Source: an uncultured Actinomycetota bacterium (GTDB taxonomy: Bacteria; Actinomycetota; UBA4738; HRBIN12). From it: a DNA stretch of 64,000 nucleotides. The notes under the pieces are model-generated. The model saw only the letters and a list, made by a program, of their open reading frames with translations, did no database searches and was not told the origin of the DNA. The stretch lies in the NCBI GenBank assembly GCA_963762015.1, contig CAVXJL010000013.1, positions 27,709 to 91,708 of the forward strand, in the 5' to 3' direction. This document shows positions 9,821-21,090 of this stretch, one piece after another. A program made the position numbers and the translations under genes. Position 1 is the first letter of the stretch. Every line of letters starts with the position of its first letter.

Positions 9821-10542
9821 TTGGACCGACGCTCGCCGGGGCCCCCGAGGAGGACCGACGACACGGGCCCTCGCTTCGAGCCGGTGGCGAAGCCCGGAGG
9901 CGGCATCCGATGGCTCACCCGGCTCGATCCGGCCGGCGAAGCCGAGTACCGGCAGGTCGTGCATCCGCTCGCCGACCGGATCGAACGAGCGCTCGGCCCC
10001 GAGGCGTTCGCGATCCGGACACGTCCGGCCGCCGACGGAGCGACCCTTGCTCCCTGGACACCTGCGCGGGCCGCCTGGCGAAGGACGTTGCGGAGGGTCC
10101 TCCGCTCGGCGCCACCGGGCACGGCGTTCGCCGTGGCCGACGTCCGCGATTGTTACGGCTCGATCTCGCCCGAGACGATCGCCTCGCTCCTGGGATCGGA
10201 GGCGGACCACGCCGTCGCCTTCATCCGCCGCCTCCAGGATGGCGGCGTGCGCGGCCTCCCGATCGGTCCGGATCCCGTCCGCGGTCCTGGCCAACGCCGT
10301 CCTGGGCGAGCTGGATCGCGCCGTCCGGAGCACGGGCGCCCGGCATGTGCGATGGGTGGACGACGTCGTGCTGTGGGGCGCACGCGCCGAGGTCCGTCGC
10401 GCACTCGACGCCCTCGACGACGTCACGGCGAAGGATGGGTCTCTCGCTCCATGAAGGGAAGACACGACCCGTCGCCGACATCGATGAGGCTCGAGCCGTC
10501 GCGCTCGCTGAGCAGGACTCCTCTATCATCGCGGCTCCGTGA
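9821..10542 (+). pseudogene. reverse-transcriptase-like ORF (RT motifs 1-7, no thumb/X domain), interrupted by two +1 frameshifts
   Basis: Frame 2 carries motif 1 KPGGGIRWLTRLDPAGE...PLADRIERAL, motif 3 FAVADVRDCYGSISPETI and GLPIG. Frame 0 carries SAVLANAVLGELD and HVRWVDDVVLWG (YxDD-like). Frame 1 carries MGLSLHEGKTRPV and stops at 10542, overlapping the next gene's GTG start (GTGA). Confidence 0.55.
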
Positions 10543-12040
10543 GAACCCTTTACCGCGCATCCCGTGTCGTCACGCTCTCCCACCCGACGGTGGGGGAGTG
10601 GCTCCTCGTGGATGAACGCCACATCCAGCGCGTGGGCACCGGCGACCCACCGGAGGCGGACCTCACGATCGAGCTTCCCGGAACCACCATCGTCCCGGGC
10701 TTCATCGACAGTCACGTACATCTCACCGCGACCGGGCGATCGCTCACGAACGGAGACGTCAGGGGATCGACGTCGAAGGAGGGCCTGCTCGGTCTCGTCG
10801 CGGAGCGCTCGGCCGCAGGCACGTCCCTCGTCCACCTGGAGGGCTTCGACGAGTCGAGCTGGGATCGGCCGGACCTGCCCACGGGTGCGGAGCTGGACGC
10901 GCTGACCTCACTGCCCGTCGTGCTGACGAGGACAGACGGACACATCTCAGTGGTGAGCGCCCAGGTGTTCGCCGCCCTCGACCTCACGGATGCGGAAGGG
11001 GTCGAGGTCGAGCGAGGACGGTCAGCCGACGGGTCGCCTCACCAAGGAGGCGAACCGGCGGGTCTCGGCCTGGGTGGAGTCGTCGTACGAGCGTCAGCGC
11101 ATCGAGGAGTTCCAGCTGCAGGCGGCAGGCCTGGCGGCCTCGCGAGGCGTGACGGCGGTCCACGAGATGTCACTCGACGTGTCGGACCTCGACGTCCTGG
11201 TCGGGCATCGAGGGCGGCTCCCGGTCGACGTCTCGCCCGTTCCCGCCTCGATGTCGCTCCCCGAGGCGATGGAGCGAGGCTTCCTCGCGATCGGGGGTGA
11301 TCTCCCCGTCGACGGTTCGATCGGGGCGAGGACCGCCGCGTTCGCGCACCCGTACGAAGACGGCTCGGAACAGGGCGAGCTGTATCACGCCGACGACTCG
11401 CTCGCCGAGTTCTTCCATGCCGGTCACAACGCCGGGCTCCAGGTCGGCGTCCACGCGATCGGGGACCGCGCGATCGAGCAGGTCCTCGAGACCTGGGAAC
11501 GCGTCTACGTCGCTCTCGACTCGCGGGAGCGGCGACACTTCCGAGCCCGGCGTCATCGGATCGAGCACTTCGTCCTCCCATCGGCCGACCAGATCGAGCG
11601 GACCGCGATGCTCGGACTGGCCGTCTCCGTGCAGCCCGCATTCGACAGGCTCTGGGGACAGGGTGGCGGCATGTACGAGGAGCGGCTCGGTCCCGCACGT
11701 GCGATGGCCGCACACCCGATCCGCACGATGCTCGACCGTGGCATAGAGGTCGGCGTCGGTTCCGACTCGCCGGTGACGCCGCTCGATCCGATGCTCGCGA
11801 TCGCGGCACTCGAAGGCCACCACGAACCCTCGCAGCGCCTGACGAGGCTCGAGGCCCTCGAAGCTCCACCGGGTGGGGAGCGCCCGCCTGGGACACCAAG
11901 ACGGCAAGAAGGGGGCACTCGAACCGGGACGTCACGCTGATTTCGCCGCGTACGACGATGACCCCCTCGAGGTCCCGTCCCTGGAAGGCCTCCGGCCCGT
12001 TCTCACGGTCTCCCTCGGTCGCGAGGTCTACCGAGCCTGA
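10539..12040 (+). pseudogene. amidohydrolase-family metal-dependent hydrolase (YtcJ-like), disrupted by two +1 frameshifts
   Basis: N-terminal IVPGFIDSHVHL metal-binding motif. Homology continues in another frame after ~11023 (DGQPTGRLTKEA...HAIGDRA...IEH...GSDSPV). It shifts again near ~11860 (GSARLGHQDGKKGALEPGRHADFAAYDDDPLEV...REVYRA*). Confidence 0.7.
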
Positions 12041-12372
12041 CGGGCCCGCCTCCGGTGTTCTTGGCACTGTTTCTGGGGTTTCGGGTTGTCCTCCCGAGCC
12101 TCGCTCGGTAACGTCCTGCCTGCGTCACCGCCCCGGCGGAGACGCAAGCGGAGCCCGAGAGGCTGAGTAGAGAACGCGGCGCCCCGGCGTCGCGGCCCCA
12201 AAGGTCTCTCGGGCTCTCGCGTTTCCATCTTCCCCTGCCGGGGAACATCCTGAGTCTCCCCAGCGTACTTCCATGGCGAGCGCCGATGAGGCGCCAAGGC
12301 GCGTGCCAAGGCAAGTGGAGGAGCGGACGCTAGAATCCGCGGCCGGATCGAGGACCGAACCCGGAGGAGCAG

Positions 12373-12744
12373 GTGGTAGAGCGCACGGAAGAGCGCGAGG
12401 ACGAGGACGTCGCCGCCGAGGAGGATCTCGACGACCGCGAGCCGACCGAAGAGGACCTGGCGGATGCCGCGGCCACTCCCGCGGACCCTGCGGTCGCCGA
12501 TGTCGAGTCGATCCACGAGGTCCTCGAGAAGCAAGAGGCTCGTGACGACGAGGACGACGCCGACGAGGAGGAGCCGGTGGTTGCCGTCGCCGCGACGACG
12601 AAAGCGGATGACCGGCTCGAGCCGATCGAGACGCGCGTGGTTCCCATCCAGTCGACGGAGTTCGTCTGCAAGAACTGCTATCTCGTGAAACACCGCAGTC
12701 AGCTCGCGGACAAACGGCGGATGTTCTGCCGCGACTGCGCCTGA
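12373..12744 (+). CDS. DUF4193 family protein (acidic N-terminus, C-terminal CxxC...CxxC)
   Basis: GTG start behind GGAGGAG RBS. Asp/Glu-rich N-terminal half. Conserved tail STEFVCKNCYLVKHRSQLADKRRMFCRDCA typical of actinobacterial DUF4193. Confidence 0.7.
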   Translation: MVERTEEREDEDVAAEEDLDDREPTEEDLADAAATPADPAVADVESIHEVLEKQEARDDEDDADEEEPVVAVAATTKADDRLEPIETRVVPIQSTEFVCKNCYLVKHRSQLADKRRMFCRDCA

Positions 12745-14996
12745 CCCAGGACCGGCTGCCGGTCGCGTTCGCCCTCTCCCTGATCGGGGGCGTACTGTCC
12801 TCGCTCGCCTTCCCGCCCGTCGCGGCTTGGCCACTCGCGTTCCTCGCGCCCGCGATCTTGCTCGTCGCGCTGCGCGACGCGACCCCCGCCCAAGGGTTCC
12901 TGCTCGGGCTCGCTTACGGACTCGTGGCGTTCGGGATCACGTTGTCGTGGATCATGCTCTTCGGCTCGCTCGCGTGGGGGGCCTTGACGCTGCTCACCGC
13001 CTCTTCGATCGCCCTGTTCGGCGCCGTGTTCCCACTCGTCCGCAGACCCGGCCGGCCCGTGGTCACCGCGCTCGGTGCGGCCGCCGTCTGGACGACGATG
13101 GACTGGCTCCGAGGACTCTGGCCGTTCGGTGGGTTCACGTGGGGCTCCCTCGGCGTGTCCCAGGTTCCGAACGGGATCACGGTGCGCGTCGCGGTGATCG
13201 CGGGCGTGTGCGGAGTCACGTTCGTGGTGGCGTTCGCGGCGGCGTTGCTCGCGGAGGCGGCCACCCGGGAGCGCTCCCTCGCACGGCGGGCTCGGGGAGT
13301 GGGGATCGCGACTCTCGTTGCTCTCTCGCCGATCGTCATCCCGTTCGCCGACGCCACCGGGCGACCCATCGACGTCGCGGCGATCCAGGTCGACTTCGAT
13401 GATGCCGTCAGGCATGGCTCGAGGGAGGACGGGGACATCGCGGTGACGAGGCTCAACCTCGACCTCCACCAGACGTTGATGGACCAGCCTCCCGATCTGG
13501 CCGTGTGGGGAGAGAGCGCGCTCGACCCCGGGTCCCTCGAGATCCTCGAGGAGGTCCGCGGCACCGTCTCGGAGGTGGGGGTACCTGTCCTCACCGGAGC
13601 TACGAGCCGAGACATCCGGGCCGTCGCCGGAGGCGACGACGGGACGCTGTTCAACCAAGCGGTCGTCTTCGACGGCGGGGGAGCGGTGGTGGACGTCTAT
13701 CGGAAGACCCACCTCGTTCCGTACGGGGAGTACATCCCGTGGAAGGCCGTCGTCGGCTGGATCCCCGCACTCGACCAGATCGCGTACGAGCTCACGCCGG
13801 GGGAGCGGGTGCACACCCTCGAAGTCCCGGGGCTTCCGAGGTTCGCGGCGCCGATCTGCTTCGAGAACAGCTTCCCCGGCCTCGACCGGGAGCTCGTACG
13901 ACAGGGCGCGCAGTTCCTGGTCATCCTCACGAACAACGCGGCCTACGACGAAACGTCCGCCTCCGCGCAACATCTCCAGATGTCGAGGATCCGCGCGATC
14001 GAGAACGGTCGATGGGTGGTGCATGCCGCGGTCTCCGGGATCAGCGCGTTCGTCGATCCGAGCGGTCGCACGTCTCAACGGACCGAGCTGTTCGAACCCA
14101 CACTGATCCGAAGGACGATCCGCGCATCGACCGATCGGACGCTCTACGTGCGCTGGGGCGACTGGCTCCCCATCGCGTCGCTCGCGTTCGCGATCGGGAT
14201 GGCGGCGGTGCCGCGGGGCCGTCGGAACGAGCGTCCCGCACCGGCGCCTCTCGACCCCGGCGCGCGCACCTTGGTGATCCTTCCCACCTACGACGAGGCG
14301 AAGACGATCCGCGAGGTCGTCACCGGTGTGCTGGCGCTGCCGGGGGTCGAGGCCCTCGTCGTCGACGACTCATCGCCGGACGGCACGGCGGGCATCGTGC
14401 GGGAGCTCATGGCGGGGGAGCCGCGGCTTCGCCTCCTGAAGCGTCCGACCAGGTCCGGGCTCGCGAGCGCCTACCTCGAAGGGTTCGACCGAGCGCTCGA
14501 GGAGGGCTTCGACCTGATCGTGGAGATGGATTCCGACCTCTCGCACGATCCCCGCGAGCTCGCCTCGCTGCTCGACGCGGCCCGCGATCGTTTCCACCTG
14601 GTGGTCGGCAGTCGTTACGTGCCGGGTGGGTCCGTGACGAACTGGAGCCGCGCCCGGCTCGCCCTGTCGAGGATGGGCAACATCTACGCCTCCGTGATGC
14701 TGGGCCTACCCCTTCACGACGCCACGAGCGGTTACCGCGTCTACCGCCGCGCCCTGCTCCAAGATCTCGTCGCGGACCCGTTCCACGCCGACGGCTACGG
14801 CTTCCAGGTGGAGCTGGTCATGCGCTCGTGGCTCCGCGGCTGGACGATCGGCGAAGTGCCGATCACGTTCAGGGAACGGGAGCACGGCCATTCGAAGCTC
14901 TCCCGTGGGATCGTGTTCGAGGCTCTCTGGCTCGTGACCCGCTGGGGCGTGGCTCTCAGGGTCCTCGGGCGGCCACATCGGGGCTTCCGCGCCTAA
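12741..14996 (+). CDS. ppm1: fused apolipoprotein N-acyltransferase (Lnt, CN-hydrolase) / polyprenol-monophosphomannose synthase (Ppm1, GT2); start codon uncertain
   Basis: Lnt membrane domain: the frame is open from 12612 and encodes LAFPPVAAWPLAFLA before the listed TTG at 12858. CN-hydrolase domain follows (CFENSFPG). C-terminal GT2 DPM synthase domain (LVILPTYDEAKTI...VVDDSSPDGT...IVEMDSDLSHDP); same two-domain architecture as M. tuberculosis Ppm1. Confidence 0.8.
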   Translation: MTQDRLPVAFALSLIGGVLSSLAFPPVAAWPLAFLAPAILLVALRDATPAQGFLLGLAYGLVAFGITLSWIMLFGSLAWGALTLLTASSIALFGAVFPLVRRPGRPVVTALGAAAVWTTMDWLRGLWPFGGFTWGSLGVSQVPNGITVRVAVIAGVCGVTFVVAFAAALLAEAATRERSLARRARGVGIATLVALSPIVIPFADATGRPIDVAAIQVDFDDAVRHGSREDGDIAVTRLNLDLHQTLMDQPPDLAVWGESALDPGSLEILEEVRGTVSEVGVPVLTGATSRDIRAVAGGDDGTLFNQAVVFDGGGAVVDVYRKTHLVPYGEYIPWKAVVGWIPALDQIAYELTPGERVHTLEVPGLPRFAAPICFENSFPGLDRELVRQGAQFLVILTNNAAYDETSASAQHLQMSRIRAIENGRWVVHAAVSGISAFVDPSGRTSQRTELFEPTLIRRTIRASTDRTLYVRWGDWLPIASLAFAIGMAAVPRGRRNERPAPAPLDPGARTLVILPTYDEAKTIREVVTGVLALPGVEALVVDDSSPDGTAGIVRELMAGEPRLRLLKRPTRSGLASAYLEGFDRALEEGFDLIVEMDSDLSHDPRELASLLDAARDRFHLVVGSRYVPGGSVTNWSRARLALSRMGNIYASVMLGLPLHDATSGYRVYRRALLQDLVADPFHADGYGFQVELVMRSWLRGWTIGEVPITFREREHGHSKLSRGIVFEALWLVTRWGVALRVLGRPHRGFRA

Positions 14997-15029
14997 CGAC
15001 CCGTCCGTCCGTGCGGCTGCCGACGAGAC

Positions 15030-15515
<486 letters not shown>

Positions 15516-15519
15516 CCGC

Positions 15520-15933
15520 ATGGACAACATCACGATCCACTCCAGCTTCCTGCCGCACAACGACCCGGAGGCCTCCTTGGCCTTCTTCCGTGACGTCCTC
15601 GGCTTCGAGGTCCGTATGGACGTCGGATACGAGGGGATGCGCTGGATCACGGTCGGCCCCCCCGATCAGCCGGGTACGAACATCGTCCTCTACCCGCCGT
15701 CCGCCACACCCGGCATCACCGAGGAGGAGACGCGCACCATCGCCGAGATGATGGCCAAGGGCACGTTCGCCAGTCTCCTGCTGGCCACTCCGGATCTGGA
15801 CGCCACATTCGAACAGGTGCAATCCACCGAGGCGGAGATCGTGCAGGAGCCGACCGACCAGCCGTACGGCGTTCGCGACTGCGCTCTCCGCGATCCCGCG
15901 GGCAACATGATCCGCATCCAGGAGCGATCCTGA
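15520..15933 (+). CDS. VOC family protein (glyoxalase/bleomycin-resistance/dioxygenase fold)
   Basis: Paired beta-alpha-beta-beta-beta modules; FFRDVLGFEV...RWITVGP...NIVLY and ...AGNMIRIQE; 137 aa. Confidence 0.8.
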   Translation: MDNITIHSSFLPHNDPEASLAFFRDVLGFEVRMDVGYEGMRWITVGPPDQPGTNIVLYPPSATPGITEEETRTIAEMMAKGTFASLLLATPDLDATFEQVQSTEAEIVQEPTDQPYGVRDCALRDPAGNMIRIQERS

Positions 15934-15957
15934 TCCGCACGGGGGAGGTGGTTCGAG

Positions 15958-16443
15958 ATGGCTGAGAAGAAAACCGCGAAGAAGACCACACGGACGTCCG
16001 GGAAGCGCACCAGCGCGAGCACGTCCGGGACATTCACCGCCGACGAACGGGCCGCGATGAAGGCTCGGGCCCAAGAGCAGAAGGCGGAAGCGCGCGCGAA
16101 CAAGAACAGGGCCGACGGGGAACGCGACCTGCTCGCGGCGATCGCCGCGATGACGGGACGCGATCGCGCCATGGCCAAGCGGGTCCACGCGATCGTCACC
16201 GCTGTCGCGCCGGACCTCTGGCCGAAGACCTGGTACGGGATGCCCGCGTACGCCAAGGACGGCAAGGTCATCTGCTTCTTCCAGGACGCGGCGAAGTTCA
16301 AAGCGAGGTACGCGACGTTCGGCTTCAGCGACGAGGCGAACCTCGACCAAGGCGCGCTGTGGCCAACGTCCTTCGCACTGAAGGACTTGACCGCTGCCGA
16401 AGAGAAGAAGATCGCCGCGCTCGTGAAGAAGGCCGTGCGCTGA
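15958..16443 (+). CDS. DUF1801 (YdhG-like) domain protein with Lys-rich N-terminal tail
   Basis: C-terminal part ([32 protein letters not shown]) resembles YdhG/DUF1801. N-terminus is KKT-rich low complexity; 161 aa. Confidence 0.5.
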   Translation: MAEKKTAKKTTRTSGKRTSASTSGTFTADERAAMKARAQEQKAEARANKNRADGERDLLAAIAAMTGRDRAMAKRVHAIVTAVAPDLWPKTWYGMPAYAKDGKVICFFQDAAKFKARYATFGFSDEANLDQGALWPTSFALKDLTAAEEKKIAALVKKAVR

Positions 16444-16445
16444 CT

Positions 16446-18803
<2,358 letters not shown>

Positions 18804-18865
18804 AGGAGGCCACTCGCAAAGCCACCGTGAGACGAGTTCGCTCAGCCGTCCGGCTCGTCGTGCCC

Positions 18866-18893
18866 CTTCCCGATAACGTACATTATGTCACCT
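18866..18893. other. dif-like XerC/XerD chromosome-dimer resolution site
   Basis: CTTCCCGATAA-CGTACA-TTATGTCACCT. The core ATAACGTACATTATGTCA matches E. coli dif ATAATGTATATTATGTTA at 15/18 positions with the 11-6-11 arm/spacer layout. xerD lies ~30 kb away. Confidence 0.55.
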
Positions 18894-19169
18894 TGTCGGG
18901 AAGAGGGCCTCATGACTCTCGCGGACTCTCCCCTCCCTCCCGATCCAAGCTCGGGTCTTGGGCGGTCCCGGGGCGTTCTTGCTTCGGGGCAACGCGGATG
19001 CAAAGCTCGCCTTCGGCCCTGGAGAGAGGGACGTTCGGCGGAAGGCTTCCTTCTTTCGACCGATGTTCCCCTCCCCCGGCACTCGTAGGGTGTGTGGGTC
19101 AACCGGCCGATGGATGGACCGACGCGGATGACCGACCCGCCATGCGTGAGGCGGGACCCAGGAGGGGAC

Positions 19170-20804
19170 ATGAAGAGAGCGAAGCACCGGTCCGGCGCCC
19201 GACGGGGACTCGTTCTCGGGTCGATCATCGTGGCGATGCTGGCAGTGGGACAGGCCGGCATGGTGTTCGCGGGTGCCGTTCCACCGGTCGACTCCCCCGA
19301 GCCTGCGCCGGTAGACAACGCGCAGCCGTCGGTCGGAGTCGTGGAGCCGGTCATCCTCGATACCCGGTCCTCGAACGACGACGACGCCTCCGCCGTGGAG
19401 ACCAGCGACCAACTCCCCCCTGAGATCACCGACCCTGTCCCTCCAGAGGTCACCGATCAACTCTCCGAAGAGGTCACGTCCGTCGATCCGGAAGCCGGCT
19501 GTGGGGAGGACGTCGATCCGGTGACGTGCGACCCGGATGAGACCGACGCCGGCGAGAACATCCCGGTCCACGTCACCGAGGCGGTAGACGAGCCGACCCC
19601 GCCCGATCTGCAGGTCTCGAAGACCTCCGATGCGGACGGGATCCTCCAGGACGGCGACGACTTGCTGTACACGATCATCGTGACCAACGCGGGCGACGAG
19701 GAAGCGACGGGCGTCGAGCTCGTCGACATCCTGCCGCCGGGTGCGCAGGGCGTCACCTTCCCACCGTTCCCGACACTCGCCGGCAAGGCATGCATCGCCA
19801 CCAGCTCCGTGATGCCCGGCGGCGTGCCCCACGCGGAGGTCCGCTGTGGCCGGGTGTCCCTCGATCCGGGCGAGTCGGCAACCGTCACGGTGCGGGTCAT
19901 CATCGACAGCACCTATTGCGGTTCGATCACCAACGTCGTGGACGTCGAAGGCAGGAACGAGCCCGGGGTCAACGTCGGGGATGACAACCACGCCGAAACC
20001 ACAGACGAGGTCGCGTGCGTGCCGAGGATCCGGTTGTCCAAGGGCGGACCTTCGTTCGCGCATGTGGGCGACACGATCACGTATGTGTTGACCGCGAGGA
20101 ACAACGGAAGTGCCCGACTCACGAACATCGACCTTTCCGATCCGGGATGCGACTCGTCCCCCACGCTCGTCGACGACGGGAACGGCAACTCGACCTTGGG
20201 GGTCGGCGAGGTTTGGCGCTTCGAGTGCGACCACACCGTCACATCCTCGGACGGCAACGTCGTCCACAACGTGGCGACGGTCACCGGCGATCATGGGGGT
20301 GAAACCGTCAGGGACACGAACGCCCATGACGTCGACGTGATCCACCCGAGCATCGATCTCGAGAAGTCCGCGACCCCGACCTCCGGTCCGGCCGGCACGC
20401 TCATCGTTTACACCTACATCGTCACGAACACCGGAGACACCCCCCTGTTCGACATCTCCGTGTCCGACGACAAGCTGGGGGACGTGGGTGTCATCGCGAC
20501 GCTCGCGGTAGGAGCGACGGCGGAGCTCACCTCCCAGATCACGCTGGGCTCCTCCCCCATCACCAACGTCGCCACGGCCACGGGCGAGGACCGTCTCGGG
20601 AGAGCTGTCGATGACACGGACTCTGCCTCGGTCACCGTGGTGGCCGGCACAGGCGGTGGAGCCGGCGGCGATGGGACCGGCAGCGGCGGGAGCCCGTTCA
20701 CCGGATCGGACACGGACGGGCTCGCTGCGTGGATCGTGATCCTCGCCGCGGTGGGGTCGGTGCTCCTCCTCACCTCGCGAAGGCGATCGCAAGCGCGCGC
20801 CTAG
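19170..20804 (+). CDS. DUF11-repeat cell-surface protein 1 (signal peptide; C-terminal [ST]PFTG sorting-signal-like motif + TM + basic tail)
   Basis: ATG behind GGAGGGG RBS. Signal peptide MKRAKHRSGARRGLVLGSIIVAMLAVGQA. Repeated ...TYTI.VTNTG... DUF11 modules. C-terminus GSPFTGSDTDGLAAWIVILAAVGSVLLLTSRRRSQARA. Confidence 0.75.
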   Translation: MKRAKHRSGARRGLVLGSIIVAMLAVGQAGMVFAGAVPPVDSPEPAPVDNAQPSVGVVEPVILDTRSSNDDDASAVETSDQLPPEITDPVPPEVTDQLSEEVTSVDPEAGCGEDVDPVTCDPDETDAGENIPVHVTEAVDEPTPPDLQVSKTSDADGILQDGDDLLYTIIVTNAGDEEATGVELVDILPPGAQGVTFPPFPTLAGKACIATSSVMPGGVPHAEVRCGRVSLDPGESATVTVRVIIDSTYCGSITNVVDVEGRNEPGVNVGDDNHAETTDEVACVPRIRLSKGGPSFAHVGDTITYVLTARNNGSARLTNIDLSDPGCDSSPTLVDDGNGNSTLGVGEVWRFECDHTVTSSDGNVVHNVATVTGDHGGETVRDTNAHDVDVIHPSIDLEKSATPTSGPAGTLIVYTYIVTNTGDTPLFDISVSDDKLGDVGVIATLAVGATAELTSQITLGSSPITNVATATGEDRLGRAVDDTDSASVTVVAGTGGGAGGDGTGSGGSPFTGSDTDGLAAWIVILAAVGSVLLLTSRRRSQARA

Positions 20805-20832
20805 CGGGTCCTCACGGACGACCTGAGCACGG

Positions 20833-20862
20833 AGCGGGCCCCTCGGAGGCCCGTTTCGATCT
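20833..20862 (+). terminator. hairpin terminator after DUF11 gene 1
   Basis: CGGGCC-cctcgga-GGCCCG followed by TTTCG. Confidence 0.4.
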
Positions 20863-20888
20863 CTTCTCCCCACCAGCAGGTTTCTGTC

Positions 20889-20917
20889 TTGTGCATTCGG
20901 GGAACTTGCTTCACAAT
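20889..20917 (+). promoter_or_regulatory. putative promoter of DUF11 gene 2 (-35 TTGTGC, 17-bp spacer, -10 CACAAT)
   Basis: The same -35/17/-10 arrangement recurs upstream of gene 3 (23704-23732). Confidence 0.45.
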
Positions 20918-21090
20918 CGGGCTCCTCCGAACGGACTACGCACGTCGGTCCGGATGGAGTCTGGCCATTCGCCCGATGGTCTCCCCCGGGTGAGGAGGAT
21001 ACCGTCGGGCGGAAGGACCTCGTTCTACGCCGTAGGACGTGGGCCCCGTTGATAGTCGATCGACACATGAGATCACCTGGGGAGGTAGAG
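20918..21090 (+). promoter_or_regulatory. conserved ~170-nt 5' leader of DUF11 gene 2 (candidate cis-regulatory RNA)
   Basis: Blocks CCGAACGGACTAC, GGCCATTCGCCCGATGgTcTCCCCCGGGtGAGG, CCGTAGGaCGtGGGCC and GGGGAGGTA (RBS). All are shared with the gene-3 leader and partly with gene 1. Confidence 0.45.

Noticed and set aside
12699-14078. Long antisense ORFs opposite real genes. Examples: 12699-14078 opposite lnt; 18888-21548 and 23863-25629 opposite the DUF11 genes; 6078-7175, 7399-9387, 42041-45406, 45130-46590, 50132-51958.
   Set aside because: These are high-GC shadow ORFs. Their translations are Arg/Pro/Gly-rich low-complexity strings, and the opposite strand carries clear homology-supported genes.
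18960-19060. Weak resemblance to a c-di-GMP-I (GEMM) riboswitch upstream of DUF11 gene 1 (GGGGCAACGCGG...ATGCAAAGC...GGCC).
   Set aside because: The ACGCAAAGC box is imperfect (ATGCAAAGC). There is no room for the GNRA-capped P2 hairpin between the two boxes, and no tetraloop-receptor partner. It is best regarded as chance until tested with Infernal.
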